62,916 nt of DNA, filler included, from Octopus bimaculoides (GCF_001194135.2; 6 parts of 5 records of this genome joined end to end with filler, not necessarily neighbours in it); one strand, 5' to 3'. Counted from the first letter of the whole stretch, positions 25,450-39,618 are shown. The notes: generated from the sequence alone by a model not told the origin. Program-made: numbers and translations.

Positions 25450-25831
25450 GAGGCACAATGGCCCAGTGGTTAGGGCAGCGAACTCGCGGTCATAGGATCA
25501 CGGTTTCGATTCCTAGACCGGGTGTTGTGAGTGTTTATTGAGTGAAAACACCTAAAGCTCCACGAGGCTCCGGCAGGGGATGGTGGCGAACCCTGCTGTA
25601 CTCTTCCACCACAACTTTCTCTCATTCTTACTTCCTGTTTCTGTTGTGCCTGTAATTCAAAAGACCAGCCTTGTCACACTGTCACGCTGAATATTTCCGA
25701 GAACTACGTTAAGGGTACACGTGTCTGTGGAGTGCTCAGCCACTTGCACGCTAATTTCACGAGCAGGCTGTTCCGTTGATCGGATCAACTGGAACCCTCG
25801 ACGTCGTAAGTGACGGAGTGCCAACAACAAC
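25450..25831 (+). mobile_element. tRNA-derived SINE, family A, near full length, (AAC)n tail
   Basis: A-box tggcccagtgg and B-box ggtttcgattcc, three copies in the window, ends gtgcc(aac)n. Confidence 0.85.
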
Positions 25832-26673
25832 ATAATCCAATATATCCTATTTATTCAAGAAAACTAAGTGTTTATCTACTATTTCTAGTACAACAAAGCA
25901 CGTAGAAACTTTCTCATCGGCTCGCAGCTTTTATTTCGGACACGCTTTTTTCCCCCATCGGTCGGGAATTTAGAGGCATAGATAGCGCCCTCCATCAAAA
26001 CTGATCCAGCGTTATACAGTCACTCGCATTGCCAAATTTTGGGCTGCACTGATTATGATAGACAAAACAAAATGTACCATATTTGGAATTTATTCCATTC
26101 GTTAAGGGAAAGGCATGTCTGCCTCAACTATTCGTTTCTCCTTCCATAATGATAAAGAATATGAATGTCTATTAATGCAGTAATTACAAACACATTGATA
26201 GCATGCTAAGGTTGTAGGGACCAAAGTTATAGTTTCAACGAATAGATATAATGGTCATTATTTCAACCTACGGTTGAAGTCTATTTGTATTACTTTATGC
26301 AGTTAAAACCCTTGGGAAATGCATAAATGTTCCAACTTTCCATTTTCTACATAGGGTTTTTGAGTCATAGCCAAGGAAGCTAATAATTATAAAGCAGAAA
26401 GAATTAACAAAAAAGCAGAAGAAACAATGACAACGAAAAACAATAAAAGCAACAATACGAATTAACAATAAATAATAATATAAACAACAACAACAACAGA
26501 ACACAAACGACAATGACACCAGCAAACAACAATAATAAATATAACAATAACGAAAAGTAACAAACACTCACACACGCGCACTCCAAAAAAAAAAATGAAC
26601 AACGATCACATAAACAGTGACAATACCAAAACAAGTACAGCGAATGATTAGCTACAGCAGCAGCAGCATCAGA

Positions 26674-26711
<38 letters not shown>

Positions 26712-27375
26712 TAGTAGTGGTAAGCAACCACAGCAACTGCAGCAGCAAGAATTACGGTAGTTACAAGGCAGCCAATGGCAGCAATAGTGAAATCTGATTG
26801 ACACTTGCACATATTTAATGGCATTAGTCGACGGCGGAGGTGGAAGTACAATTAAGAGTTTGTTAATTGCGACACATGGGTCCCCTAATTTAAACATAAA
26901 CTAATCGAAACCTCGTCACTCCACCCCTACCACCGCCACTATTATAAACACCCTCGCTACCACCTTCATCACCACTACAACTGTGTATGTTTGTTATACG
27001 TTTTGTCTTTTTTACTTTCGTTTCGAAATTGGAAATATCACTGATACTCCGGAGAGTCACCAATATTTCCTTTTAACTCTTTCCTTCCTTAGTTCTTCTA
27101 TTTGTCTCTCTTTCGCTCTTTTCTCTCTCTCTTTCATTCTGTCTCTCTCTCTTTCATTCTGTCTCTGTCTCTGTCTCTCTGTCTGTCTGTCTCTCTCTCT
27201 TTCAATCTCTCTCTTTCTCTGTCTCCCTCTCTCTATGTCTCTCTGAGTCAGTCTGTGTGTGTGCCTTTCTCACTCTCTCTCTCTCTCTGTTTCTCCCTAA
27301 CTATCAATCTCCCACATACATAACACACCTCGATATCGTCTCTATTTGTCTCATCTCCACATGTACAGATTCTTT

Positions 27376-27414
<39 letters not shown>

Positions 27415-28723
27415 CCTCCGTTCTCTCTATCTCACCCCTCGCTTTCTCGTTCTCTCTCTCTCGCACAATCTCTCACAGAACTGCAACCACACACACACAC
27501 ACACTCACACAAATACAAATATCCCCTCCACCCTCCTTTTCCACATTTCCTCCATATTTTTTTCGCTACCGTACACTCTGTTTCTTTCTCTATATTCCTT
27601 TATCTTTTAGACACGTTTTACTGTACCCTTTCTTACCTCCCTTTCTTTCTTCCCTCTCTATCTCTGCTTCTCCTCTCAACTCCACATACACCTACACACA
27701 GGCCTTCAATCTTTCTTCCTCTTTCACCATACACATTCATGCATTATTCCTTCTCTTCCTTTACATTTAAGCTTCACCTTTATTTCCCGTACACACGTTC
27801 CTTCTCCTTATCTCTGTCTTTTTACCATCAGTTATTTATCCAGTACATATGCACTTCCTGTCTTCCTCTGTTGTGTGCATACCACATTTAGCACTTTCTC
27901 TTTCTCTCTCTCTTTCTCTCACAAACTCACACACACACGCACACATCTTACAATGTCACTCTCCTCTTCCTTGCTATCTTATGCTATTTACCCACTCTTT
28001 CGAAAAATACCGTTAATTTTAATCTACCTGTCACAAACGTCACCATTTCTACCTATGCTACTTTTATCCCATCAGTTTTCTAACCCCCCCNNNNNNNNNN
28101 AGCACACACATACTCACGCACGCACACACACACACACACTCACGGACACGCACACACATGTATGTGCTTGTGTGTGTGTGTGTGTGTATGGGGTGCGCAC
28201 GCGCATGCTTATATTTATTTGGAATAAAGCCCTACAGAGAAGCTAATGTTTCAAATCTGATAATTTTCTTCTGAGTAGGCGTGGTTATGTGTTAAGAAAT
28301 TTGCTTCAGAAACCACATGGTTTACGGGGTGGTGGGGTTCGCTTCCACTGCATGGGTCCTACTGCACCTTTGACTAGTGTGTTCTGCAATGGCGGGCCGA
28401 CCAAAGTCTTGTGAGTGCATTTGGTAGACAGGTTGCCTTGTTAACCGACAAAAAAGAATATCTATCCACCACAGACATACATATACAAGCTAATATCGAA
28501 CAGTGTGAATGAGTGTTCAGTACCGCACTGGTGTGGATAAATATTCTTTATTTCTGGGTTAACAAAGCTACCAATGCTTACGTGTAAATTGGAATCACTT
28601 TTCAATTTTCAAGTCGGCCATGTATGTGTCTTTGTGTTAGTCCTACCACTTCCACTTGACAAGCGGTGTTAGTTTGTTCATCTCTCCGTAACAAAGGCAC
28701 CGATAGTAGATTAAGTACCAGAT

Positions 28724-29011
28724 ATTCTTTTTTGCTCTAGGCACAAGGCCCGAAATTTTCAGGGAGGGAATCAGTCGATTAGATCTACCCCAGGACGCAA
28801 CTGATACTTAATTTATCGACCCCGAAACGATGAAAGGCAAAGTCGACCTCGGTAGAATTTGAACGCAGAACGTAAAGACAGACGAAATACCTCTAAGCAT
28901 TTCGGACGGCATGCCAACGTTTCTTTTCTACTCTAGACTCAAGGCCCGATATTTTGGGGGAGGGGGTCAGTCGATTAGATCGACTCAGCACGCAACTGAT
29001 ACTTAATTTAT
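28724..29011 (-). mobile_element. Head-to-tail dimer of SINE family B (upstream unit truncated by gap)
   Basis: Reverse complement shows tail ...ctagagtagaaaagaa joined to acgttggcatgcc at 28913-28924. Confidence 0.8.
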
Positions 29012-29883
29012 NNNNNNNNNNNNNNNNNNNNNNNNNNNNNNNNNNNNNNNNNNNNNNNNNNNNNNNNNNNNNNNNNNNNNNNNNNNNNNNNNNNNNNNNN
29101 NNNNNNNNNNNNNNNNNNNNNNNNNNNNNNNNNNNNNNNNNNNNNNNNNNNNNNNNNNNNNNNNNNNNNNNNNNNNNNNNNNNNNNNNNNNNNNNNNNNN
29201 NNNNNNNNNNNNNNNNNNNNNNNNNNNNNNNNNNNNNNNNNNNNNNNNNNNNNNNNNNNNNNNNNNNNNNNNNNNNNNNNNNNNNNNNNNNNNNNNNNNN
29301 NNNNNNNNNNNNNNNNNNNNNNNNNNNNNNNNNNNNNNNNNNNNNNNNNNNNNNNNNNNNNNNNNNNNNNNNNNNNNNNNNNNNNNNNNNNNNNNNNNNN
29401 NNNNNNNNNNNNNNNNNNNNNNNNNNNNNNNNNNNNNNNNNNNNNNNNNNNNNNNNNNNNNNNNNNNNNNNNNNNNNNNNNNNNNNNNNNNNNNNNNNNN
29501 NNNNNNNNNNNNNNNNNNNNNNNNNNNNNNNNNNNNNNNNNNNNNNNNNNNNNNNNNNNNNNNNNNNNNNNNNNNNNNNNNNNNNNNNNNNNNNNNNNNN
29601 NNNNNNNNNNNNNNNNNNNNNNNNNNNNNNNNNNNNNNNNNNNNNNNNNNNNNNNNNNNNNNNNNNNNNNNNNNNNNNNNNNNNNNNNNNNNNNNNNNNN
29701 NNNNNNNNNNNNNNNNNNNNNNNNNNNNNNNNNNNNNNNNNNNNNNNNNNNNNNNNNNNNNNNNNNNNNNNNNNNNNNNNNNNNNNNNNNNNNNNNNNNN
29801 NNNNNNNNNNNNNNNNNNNNNNNNNNNNNNNNNNNNNNNNNNNNNNNNNNNNNNNNNNNNNNNNNNNNNNNNNNNNNNNNNNA

Positions 29884-30111
29884 TATGTATGTGTGTGTAT
29901 ATGTTTGTGTGTCTGTTTGTCCCCCCGACATCGCTTGACAACCGATGCTGGTGTGTTTATGTCCCCGTCACTTAGCGGTTCGGCAAAACGAGACCGATAG
30001 AATAAGTACTAGGCTTACAAAGAATAAGTCCTGGGGTCGATTTGCTCGGCTAAATGCGGTGCTCCACCATGGCCACAGTCAAATGACTGAAACAAGTAAA
30101 AGAGTAAAAGA
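29884..30111 (+). mobile_element. SINE family C, 3' module
   Basis: gtcccccgacatcgcttgacaaccgatgctggtg...atgactgaaacaagtaaaagagtaaaag. Confidence 0.85.
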
Positions 30112-30616
30112 GTGTTACTGTTCTGTGATTATAACGGCCTAGATCGATGTGATGTACAACCTATAATCGTACCTTTGAAGCTGACTAAGCTGACGTGGAA
30201 AATCCATACGAAACAGGGTCTTCGAAGAAAAAAATGTGGGTCCCTTCTTCATCATGATGAGTATTCGCTTGATTTATAAGAAACAGTGCGTAAGGCTAAC
30301 TTTGCTGTCTTAGAGAAATAAAGATATATCCAGGTGTCTATGTTATCTCTCGATTTGCTAGATATATGAGTCAAATTTATTCAATTTATACCGTATCGTC
30401 TTTAGCAGAGGAAGAACAAGAGAGTCACGATTGCTATGTTGGGACATATGCTTGTTCAACATTGACCCACGTGGAACTAACTAACAGCAAGGAAAGGCAT
30501 TATATAATGCAAAATCTAAAATATAAGGGAACTGCTATGGTTTGTGGCCATTTCCTTACCACCAAAGCGTACCACTGATCTTCCTTTTAACTCCCGCTTC
30601 TCTCAGTCTCTCCTGG

Positions 30617-30651
<35 letters not shown>

Positions 30652-31300
30652 TAACTTCTACATTTTTCATTCTCACTTTCCATATTTATTTATTTATTTA
30701 GTTATCTATTTATTTTGGCGTTTTTTCTATTTTCTGTAACTTATTCCTTCTGTTATTTTGTTTGTTTTTTTTTCTTTATATCATTTAACTCATATATTCT
30801 TTCTTTTTCTTCTCTTTCTTTCTCTTATTTATTTACTCTTTTATTTCACTTTTCTTTCTGTTATTTTTTTTTCTCTCCTGCCCCTTTGCTACTCTACAAT
30901 CTCCATTTTGCCTCACTAACCATAATTAGCAAAAATAAATGAACAAATAAATTAATAAAAAAATATGTATAAATAAACAAATAAAAATCACCCCAGAAGA
31001 ATTCAACCTCACTATTTGAAATTACATTTATTTCAAGAAACTGTTAATTTAAAAACAAAACAAAAGACCACAAAAACAACAGCAACAACAAAATCCCTTT
31101 CCTCCAGACACACACCAAAAGCACGCCCCAAAACAAAACTAAGTTCAATTATAAAAATTCCTTCACATATCTCCACTCTTATCCACAACATAAGCTACCC
31201 CTACCCCGATACAGTTTATAAATATATCGCACATCCTCCCAGTTCAGTCTTTTATGACAATAATTCTTTCTTCCCTTTCAACCTCCTTTCTTCAACCTCT

Positions 31301-31343
<43 letters not shown>

Positions 31344-31354
31344 GTCTGTCTCTG

Positions 31355-31406
<52 letters not shown>

Positions 31407-32237
31407 CATCTCTCTCTCTCTCTCTCTGTCTCTCCATACACAATTGCACACACACCAAACTCTGAATCACTCCGCTACATCAATAGTAAGAAAGCTTCTA
31501 GCTGGCCACTCGACTTGCTTGGAATATCAACGCTAACTCCCTCACAAAAAACACCACCACCACCACTGTTAGTACCGTATGCTTTTCCTCCATCACCAAG
31601 AAGCTTTATATAGTCTCATGAGCTGCTAGAAATAGCAGTTACATCTCCCACAAATTACATCCGAGCATTTAAAAAGAGAAATTAGAAGACATTTTGAATT
31701 ACGTAGTCCTAGTTACACTGGTCTTGAAAAGAAAACGAGATGGATACGGCTGAAATATGCTCGCCCTAGATAGGTCAACTGAATCAAAGCTAATCTAGTT
31801 GATCCACGACCACTGCAATACATTTCATTATTTCATTACCATTCCTTTCCATGGAATTTTCCCCTTAACTTTTCATTGACATCTAAATCCTGATTTCAGT
31901 TTTTGTCGATACCATTCAACCGTTGTCAACGTCATAGTAGTAGCAAACAGCTACAATTCCCGTCTGCGTACTGCATCTTTCATAATCAACTGAGATGCTG
32001 TGATCGGATCATTATTCCTAGCCATCGGTGGAAGTTAAACTTAGAAGAAAATGTGCCTGAATAAAGGTGTATCGTCCAAAGTTCAAAGAATCCCACCAGT
32101 TCACTCCATAACCTTGAAAAAAGAATTTTGACATCAGCGGGATTCGAACCCAGAGCTTAAGTAATTAAATAGTCTCATCTTTCAAAATCTTGGCTTTGTA
32201 GCTATTTTAGAAATCAATAGTGTGCATGTAGTAAAGA

Positions 32238-32665
32238 CTGCGAGTTGGTAGAAACGTTAGCACGCCGGGTGGAATGCTTAGCGATATTTCGTCTACCTTT
32301 ATGTTCTGAGTTCAAATTCCGCCGAGCTCGACTTTCATTTTTTTTATCCTTTCGGGATCGATAAATTAACTACCAATTGCGTACTGGGATCAATCTAATC
32401 GACTGTCCCCCTCCCCCAAAATTTCGGACCTTGTGCCTAGAGTAGAAAAGAATATTGTACAATGAAGGTGATGAGCAGGCAGAATCATTAATACGCCGGG
32501 CAAAATGCTTAGCGGTATTTCGTTCTGAGTTCAAATCCCGCCGTAGTCGTCTTAGCCTTTCATCGTTTCGGGGTCGATAAAATTGTACCAGTTGAGCACT
32601 GAGGTCATGTAATCAACTTACCCCTTTCCCCAAAATTGCTGGCAATCAGCCAAAATTTGAAACCA
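32238..32665 (+). mobile_element. Two adjacent SINE-B copies with different tails
   Basis: Units at about 32238-32455 (tail ccttgtgcctagagtagaaaagaat) and about 32464-32665 (tail ccaaaatttgaaaccaat), each with its own head. Confidence 0.8.
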
Positions 32666-33426
32666 ATGATCAGACGCTATGGAGGGAGGACACAGTAGAT
32701 TTAATTTACTTCCACTTGTTGTCTAATTTCTATTTCAAGGATCCTACAAAAGACGAACATATAGACGACGCTAGCGGAATTTGAACTCATAACATTGTGG
32801 GGCCGAGCTTAAATAAATAACCCAGTGTATGTACTTATATTTTACTCTAACGTTTAACCGGTTCCCTTTCTTACCAATCAATTCACTGATTTTACTATAA
32901 TACTTCCATACCATGATAACTGTTACAAATGTAACGTCTCTCACGCATACGCTAAAGCACACGCGCATGCAGAAAGAAAGAGAGTGAAAGAGAGGGAGAT
33001 GGTGAGAGAGAGAGAGAGAGAGCTTATTGCAACCAGTTCCAACTCCACCAAGTACCAAGTGTTTGTTTATTCACCATATAGAAATCTGCTTACATTCAAG
33101 TATCTCAAGGTCACCCATTGAGTGACTTAAAGTCTAAGTCATGACAAGTACCGTAAGTGATTGGCTTTTATATATATTTTTTTAATGTTTTAGCTTGGGA
33201 TAGACTGCAGGTTTTAAAATAATCTCAACCCCAGTGAAGCAGGACATCTGATCTCTTCACAATTGCCAAGCACTGAGTAGCGTCTTTACTTTGCTTTATT
33301 TTATTTGATTTGTTTCATTCATATAAGAATACGTGTATAAGATGTGTGGGTTTCTAGACATACATACATGCATGCATGCATACATACACACACACAAACA
33401 TATCCATTCATACATGTATATATAAA

Positions 33427-33479
<53 letters not shown>

Positions 33480-33531
33480 GCTACAAGATAGGCTTATATT
33501 CATGTATGTTCATAGGTGCATATTTCATATA

Positions 33532-33573
<42 letters not shown>

Positions 33574-35085
33574 TGTGTGTGTGTGTGTGTGTGTCTGTGT
33601 GTATGTATTAAACGAAATATAAGGATACATTTTATGTAGCTCAAACATTGTCCAATATAGAATTTGATACGTTGGATGCATTGAACACAAACACACACAC
33701 ACGCTCCACCCCCATGTATGTATATATCTGTATGTGTATGTATATATNNNNNNNNNNNNNNNNNNNNNNNNNNNNNNNNNNNNNNNNNNNNNNNNNNNNN
33801 NNNNNNNNNNNNNNNNNNNNNNNNNNNNNNNNNNNNNNNNNNNNNNNNNNNNNNNNNNNNNNNNNNNNNNNNNNNNNNNNNNNNNNNNNNNNNNNNNNNN
33901 NNNNNNNNNNNNNNNNNNNNNNNNNNNNNNNNNNNNNNNNNNNNNNNNNNNNNNNNNNNNNNNNNNNNNNNNNNNNNNNTATACACGCATACATACACCT
34001 ATGCGTACATAGATAAATGCACACACATATATGTATATCTGTTTGTTATGAATATGCCAAGTGTGGGTGTTAAAGATGAATGGAGGGGGAACTATGGCAT
34101 ACAACTTTTAAAAATTGAAAAAATGCCACCTACTGTCGGCTAGATTAAAATTTACCTACCGTTCAGTACCGTGTGGTGAGCGGAGGTTTGAACCACGTTC
34201 TGATTTTAATTGCCGCTAAGTACCATCATATCTACGTAAGTGTTGACACGTTTGTATATTTGAGTGCGTGTCAGTTATAAGTGGGAAAATGAATGTGCGT
34301 TTGTGTTTGAGTGTGTAAATGTTACTGTATGTTAAGATATCTTTGTGTGTTCGTGCATTTATATCTATGTGTGCATGTATATATTTTCATACGCGCGTTT
34401 GTTTGCTTAATACGTACATGCATATACATGCGAGCTCTTTCTCACACAGACATATCATATACATATGTGTGTGTATTGTAATATCTTGATGAATATGCTT
34501 CGTGTGTATTTATATGGTTCTGGATGTAACTGACTGTCTACTGCCGAATCAATTGTCTCCAATTCACAAATCTCTCACGTATCAACGTTTCCAGTAAAAG
34601 TCACAAAATCACACTGGCCTAGACAGTCGTTGAGGCAGAAGACTTCAGTATTAAACCATCCCCACTTCACAAAACTACGCCTCGCATCATATATATCGAC
34701 ATATTGACTAGAGTTCGTTGTATATATATATATATATATNNNNNNNNNNNNNNNNNNNNNNNNNNNNNNNNNNNNNNNNNNNNTTAATTAATTAANNNNN
34801 NNNNNNNNNNNNNNNNNNNNNNNNNNNNNNNNNNNNNNNAACGTAACGGCAGACGAAATACCGCTAAGCATTTCGCCCGGCATGCTAATGTTTCTGCCAG
34901 CTCGACGCCTTCTACCCATCTGCCTGCCTACCTACCTACCTACCTACCTACCTACCTACCTACCTACCTACCTACCTACCTACCCACCTACCTACCTACC
35001 TACTAACCCCCTCTCTCCATCTATCTCCGTCCTCTCTCTGTTCTTCTCTCATTCTCTTCCTCTCTGCCCTTCTGCCTGTCTGTCC

Positions 35086-35171
<86 letters not shown>

Positions 35172-35527
35172 GTATCTCTCTCTCTATCTCTCTATCTCAT
35201 TTGATGTCAAAACAAACGTGATTGACATAACTGCAATAAAACAAACAATCCCAAATTTCAATGTATCGCAATGTAGCATTGAAAAACAGGAAACAGTGTA
35301 CATCGGTAATGGCATGAGAAATCCAGTCCTACTCATCCATTAAGTACCACGTGATCAAGACAACACCATTACCTTCCCCTCCTTCCTCTTTTTGCTCTAT
35401 AATTCATATCTTCACTGACCAACTGTTCTTTCACCTTTCAATGGCTTGGTAAATTTAGAGCAGTGTTTCTTAAACCTTTTGAGTTCATGGTTTGTATGTC
35501 ATTCTTAATGTATAAGTTTGTTATAAA

Positions 35528-35915
35528 TTCTTTTATTCTTTACTTGGCTCAGTAATTTTGACTGTGGTCATGCTGGAGCACCGCCTCTAGTCGAACAAAT
35601 CGACCCCCAGGACTTATTTTTTGTAAGTCTAGTACTTATTCTACCGGTCACTTTTGCCGAACAGCCAAGTTACGGGGACGTAAACATACCAACATCAGTT
35701 GTAAAGTAATGGTGGGGAGGACAAGCACATACACACAAATACACAAACATAAATATTTACGACAGGCTTCTTTCAGTTTCCGTCTACCAAATCCACTCAC
35801 AAGACTTTGGTCGGCCTATAGCAGAAGACACTTGCCTAAGGTGCCACGCAGTGGGACTGAACCCGGAACCATGTGGTTGAGAAGCAAGCTTCTTACCACA
35901 CAACCACTCCTGCGT
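35528..35915 (-). mobile_element. tRNA-derived bipartite SINE family C, near full length (a diverged second copy follows at about 35925-36310)
   Basis: Head gcaggagtgg.tgtgtggtaagaagcttgctt...ggttcagtccc, internal microsatellite-like linker, 3' module ending gtcaaa.tactgagccaagtaaagaataaaagaat. Confidence 0.85.
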
Positions 35916-36337
35916 CTGATAAATTATTTCACTTCTTTTATTCATTGAACTGCGGCCATGCTGGGGCACGGCCTTGAAGGATTTAATCGAACAAGTTTTT
36001 TAAACTCTGGTACCTATTCTATCGGTCTCTTTTGCCGAACTGCTAGTTCATGGAGGCGTACACAAATCAACACTGGTTATCAGGCCGTGAAGGGACAAAT
36101 GCAAAGACAGACAGACGGACAGACAAACACATACGCGCGCGCGCGCACACACATACACGATGGACTTCTACATTATTTCCGTTTACCAAATTCACTCACA
36201 AGGCATCGGTCGGCTCGAGATTACATTAGAAAACACTTGTCTAAGTTGCCGCGCAGTGGGACTGATACCGAAACAACAAGGCTGCAAAGCAAGCTTCTTT
36301 CCCACAGAGCCATATTTAAACATTAACTTAGATATAG

Positions 36338-36451
36338 ATGTTTTCGATCTAGTTTGGATTCTTTGCCATCAAATTTGAATTCTTTGCCATCAAATTTAAT
36401 TGCAAAGAATTCAAATTTGATGGCAAAGAATCCAAACTAGATCGAAAACAT
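36338..36451. repeat. Perfect 50-bp inverted repeat with a 14-nt spacer
   Basis: Arms 36338-36387 and 36402-36451 are exact reverse complements. Confidence 0.95.
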
Positions 36452-36519
36452 TTATAATTTAGATAGGTTTCGGCCTTCAATGGCCCAGGGCATGTCTAAC
36501 TAAATAGCACCACCTGTCG

Positions 36520-37077
36520 TAGTCTTTTAAGTCATGTTTTAGGACATCACAGGCCACTCGAATAGGAACTTGTTATTTGCCGATGTATCCAGATGTCGAT
36601 GGTTTGTCTATTGTTTCTTGGAGGAGTTTGTCCAGGTACCAGTTGAGGCATAAAAGTGGTGCTGCAATGTTGTTATAAGATGTGAGCTCAATTTTTGTTG
36701 GGGGCATGTAAAACCCTGGGACCGTTTCTCAAAAAAAAAAAAATCTCAGGCAAAATCAATCAATCAATAAGTAAGGCAGTACTCATTATATTTAGAGGTC
36801 CTCTTAGATTGGCGAGATTGATAGGGTTAGTATTCATCTGTTGAATGTCTGTCAGCTGGCGCCCGCAAGATAATACGAAGGAAATTACAAGGGTTGCTGT
36901 TATAAAGAGGATGCGGTGGGAGCGTTTGGTGATTTGCTTAATACAGAACTGGTGGTGAGAAAGAATAGTATCGACATAGAGGAATTAGAGAGACGGGTGT
37001 GCCAGGTATGTGTAAGGTGAGGCGGTATTCAGTTCGCTAGTTCAAAGTAGTAGAGATCACAGAAGTAGAATAGAAAA

Positions 37078-37122
<45 letters not shown>

Positions 37123-37230
37123 CAGCTTGTCTGTGAGTTATTGATAGTAGCGTGTTGGCGAGACGAGTTATTCAGTTGGATGACCTTCTTTTGAATGCAG
37201 TAACCCTGCAGCACATTCGTCTGATTCGGC
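36520..37230 (-). mobile_element. Possible very degraded LINE (CR1/L2/Jockey-group-like) RT C-terminus, interrupted by (GA)n
   Basis: Minus strand gives YLDKLLQETIDKPSTSGY near 36590-36645, resembling the LD..L...PD.P...GY end of such ORFs. Upstream motifs are weak. Confidence 0.4.
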
Positions 37231-38279
37231 AGCCAATAATTAAACCATTAGAAAAAAAATATTAAAACATGAAAGTCATTAATTTGTGGACATAGTATAT
37301 AAAGAAAACAGCTATCAGTTCTAACCACGCAATTAACTGAAACAAAAGAAGCATTTTAGTTTTACCTCATTTTTCAATTTAAAGTGACAGCTAGCCTTGA
37401 TACTTTTAAGTATTTCCTGGAAGTTTAGGAAGTTTTTGAGACAAGCAGACTCTCATTTCCTCTTCAATAGAGAATTCATTATTTCTTTTTCTCATTTTCA
37501 TCTTTAATGTTTGGCAGTATTGAAAATTCAAAGGCACACCCATAAGATTGGTAGAAAACTATTTCGAAAAACTGTTGATGCACGAGCAGATATTTCAGAA
37601 AGCTTGCCTATAATAGAAAGCTAGAACATATCTAAGGATTGCTTGAGTGTTTTCTTTTTAGATTTATTTGAAATCAATTGAAATAGCTTCAAGCAATTCA
37701 TCCTTCATTTACTGTGAAATAAATAAATAAATCAGGTGAAACAGGAACGAAATGGTTTCTTATCCAGTAGAAACTCTTTGTGGGGAACAATGGAAAATAA
37801 TGTTGGTTATCGTCCTTCAATGTTTCCAAATGCTCTATTATGAAATCACCAGCTATCTTTTATACGTACTTGTTGCTTTTTAGTTCACCCCCCCCACACA
37901 CACTTAGGACAGTTCTGATCGAGCAGGCCTGTGATCAAAGGCATTCCAGTTCTTATCATTCCGTCTTTTTCTTTTCTTTTTTTTTTCTCAGATACACGTC
38001 TCTATGTATATATTATCCGACATATCGTTCCTTTAAGGCGGCAGGGTAGGATTTCGAGGAAATTTGGCTGTTATCTCTAGCTCGTCGATCGATCGATCAT
38101 GTTGAAGCTCCTTACTTGGCTTCTAACCTTTTATTACGGCTTGTATTGTGTTAAGGTACGCGTAGTAACATGCTTCGATCACAAAGCCTTATTCTCTTTC
38201 AACAGACTGTTTGCTTCTTTTTTTTTACATTATTAATCTCAAAGACTATCGATAGAACTAAAGCGGTGAAATAGCAGGC

Positions 38280-38445
38280 GGTTAGATCGACCCTAATACA
38301 CAACTGGTACTTAATTTATCGACCCCGAAAGGATGAAAGGCAAAGTCGACCTCGGCGGAATTTGAATTCAGAACGTAAAGACAGACGAAATACCGTTACG
38401 CATTTTGCCTGCCGTGCTGACGCTTCTGCCAGCTCTCCGCCTTTC
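38280..38445 (-). mobile_element. SINE family B
   Basis: ttatcgaccccgaaaggatgaaaggcaaagtcgacctcggcggaatttgaa... is the reverse complement of the family body. Confidence 0.8.
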
Positions 38446-39618
38446 AAAGTTCCTTTCCATAGTTCTTCTGCGTCTGATTGATGTCCACACTCTTCCAATT
38501 GACTCAACAAGGGAGTCTCTACATAACTGCTCGACCTGCTACAAATAACAGCTAAAAGTTTCTCGAATAGTACTCTACTGTCTTTAATTATAAGTTTAAA
38601 AAATTTTAATATTTTTTAGTCCTAGATATAGCCTTAAAGTGACCAAGCGGTTACGGATGGACTGTCTTTGAGCACAGAGTTACTCGATCGGAATTTGCCC
38701 GTGTTGAAAACAACAACAACAATATACTTAACCTATACTTCTGCTGAGGAAGGGGAAGAGCTCACAAACAAACGAGAGAGAACTAGGGAATAATGTTAAC
38801 CAACCTGTAAAAAATCTCTTCCCGTTTTCACTGTACTTAAAACTACTGTGGTCGCTTTTAATTCTGAAAACGCTGAGAATAATCAAAACCATATTTTTAT
38901 TGCATAACTATTCGGTCAACACTTCTTTATAATTAAATTAAAAATACATTCTTACCAGGTTAACTAAGCTAGGTTGGCATTACAACGTTCACTGCCAGAC
39001 TATTCACGACAGCTTTCTCCTGTTCCTGTCACTTCCTCACCTTAATTCTCTATATTAAAACTAAACTAGAGTAAAATAAAATCAATGATGAAAATCCATA
39101 ATTTTACGAAACTGTTTGAAGTACCATGTCTTAAGTGGATATTGATGTCACAAAACTCAAATATTATTATAACTCGATTTATCAACATAGATTCCAGTTT
39201 TGTTTCCAGCAGCTTTACATTAAAATATTCTCTGTGCATACAAACACAAGGGAAGATAGTTTAAACGGTGGAGTGTGTTTTATTCTACGAGGAAGAAGTA
39301 AAATCTAACGTTTCGGAATCTTGTCTTTCCTCAGGAAAGGTATATAAAAATTATATTCTTTTATACTGGGATGTTAAAAATAAACTTTTGCGCCGTAGTT
39401 TATTTGCTCCCCTCTTTATAAAAAAGAACTAGTATCCGAGGTTAGACATATTTCTTCCTCACAGCATAAAAAAACCTATCTCACTATTCGAACTATTTGT
39501 ATTACACTTTGCTGGCTCAGAACATCACTAATTACTTCGTATACTGTTGTCTTAAAAAAAGAGGAGATATATTTAAATTTTGATAATTTGCATACATAAA
39601 TTTATGAAATAACTTTAA

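Noticed and set aside
32110-32170. Minus-strand GGGTTCGAATCCC as a tRNA gene
   Set aside because: Only a B-box is present with no cloverleaf. More likely a SINE head relic.
36466-36495. Minus-strand GGCC-AUUGAA-GGCC-GAAAC hairpin next to the palindrome
   Set aside because: The upstream CUGANGA core is missing (only CUG) and helix I is not recoverable.
38955-39055. Possible minus-strand exon with a ctg|gtaaga donor
   Set aside because: Stops in all three frames and no transcript evidence. It could be UTR but is unsupported.
39301-39340. Minus-strand CUGAGGA...GAAACGUU hammerhead-like motif
   Set aside because: Helix II has only 2 bp and helix I does not pair. At best a decayed relic.
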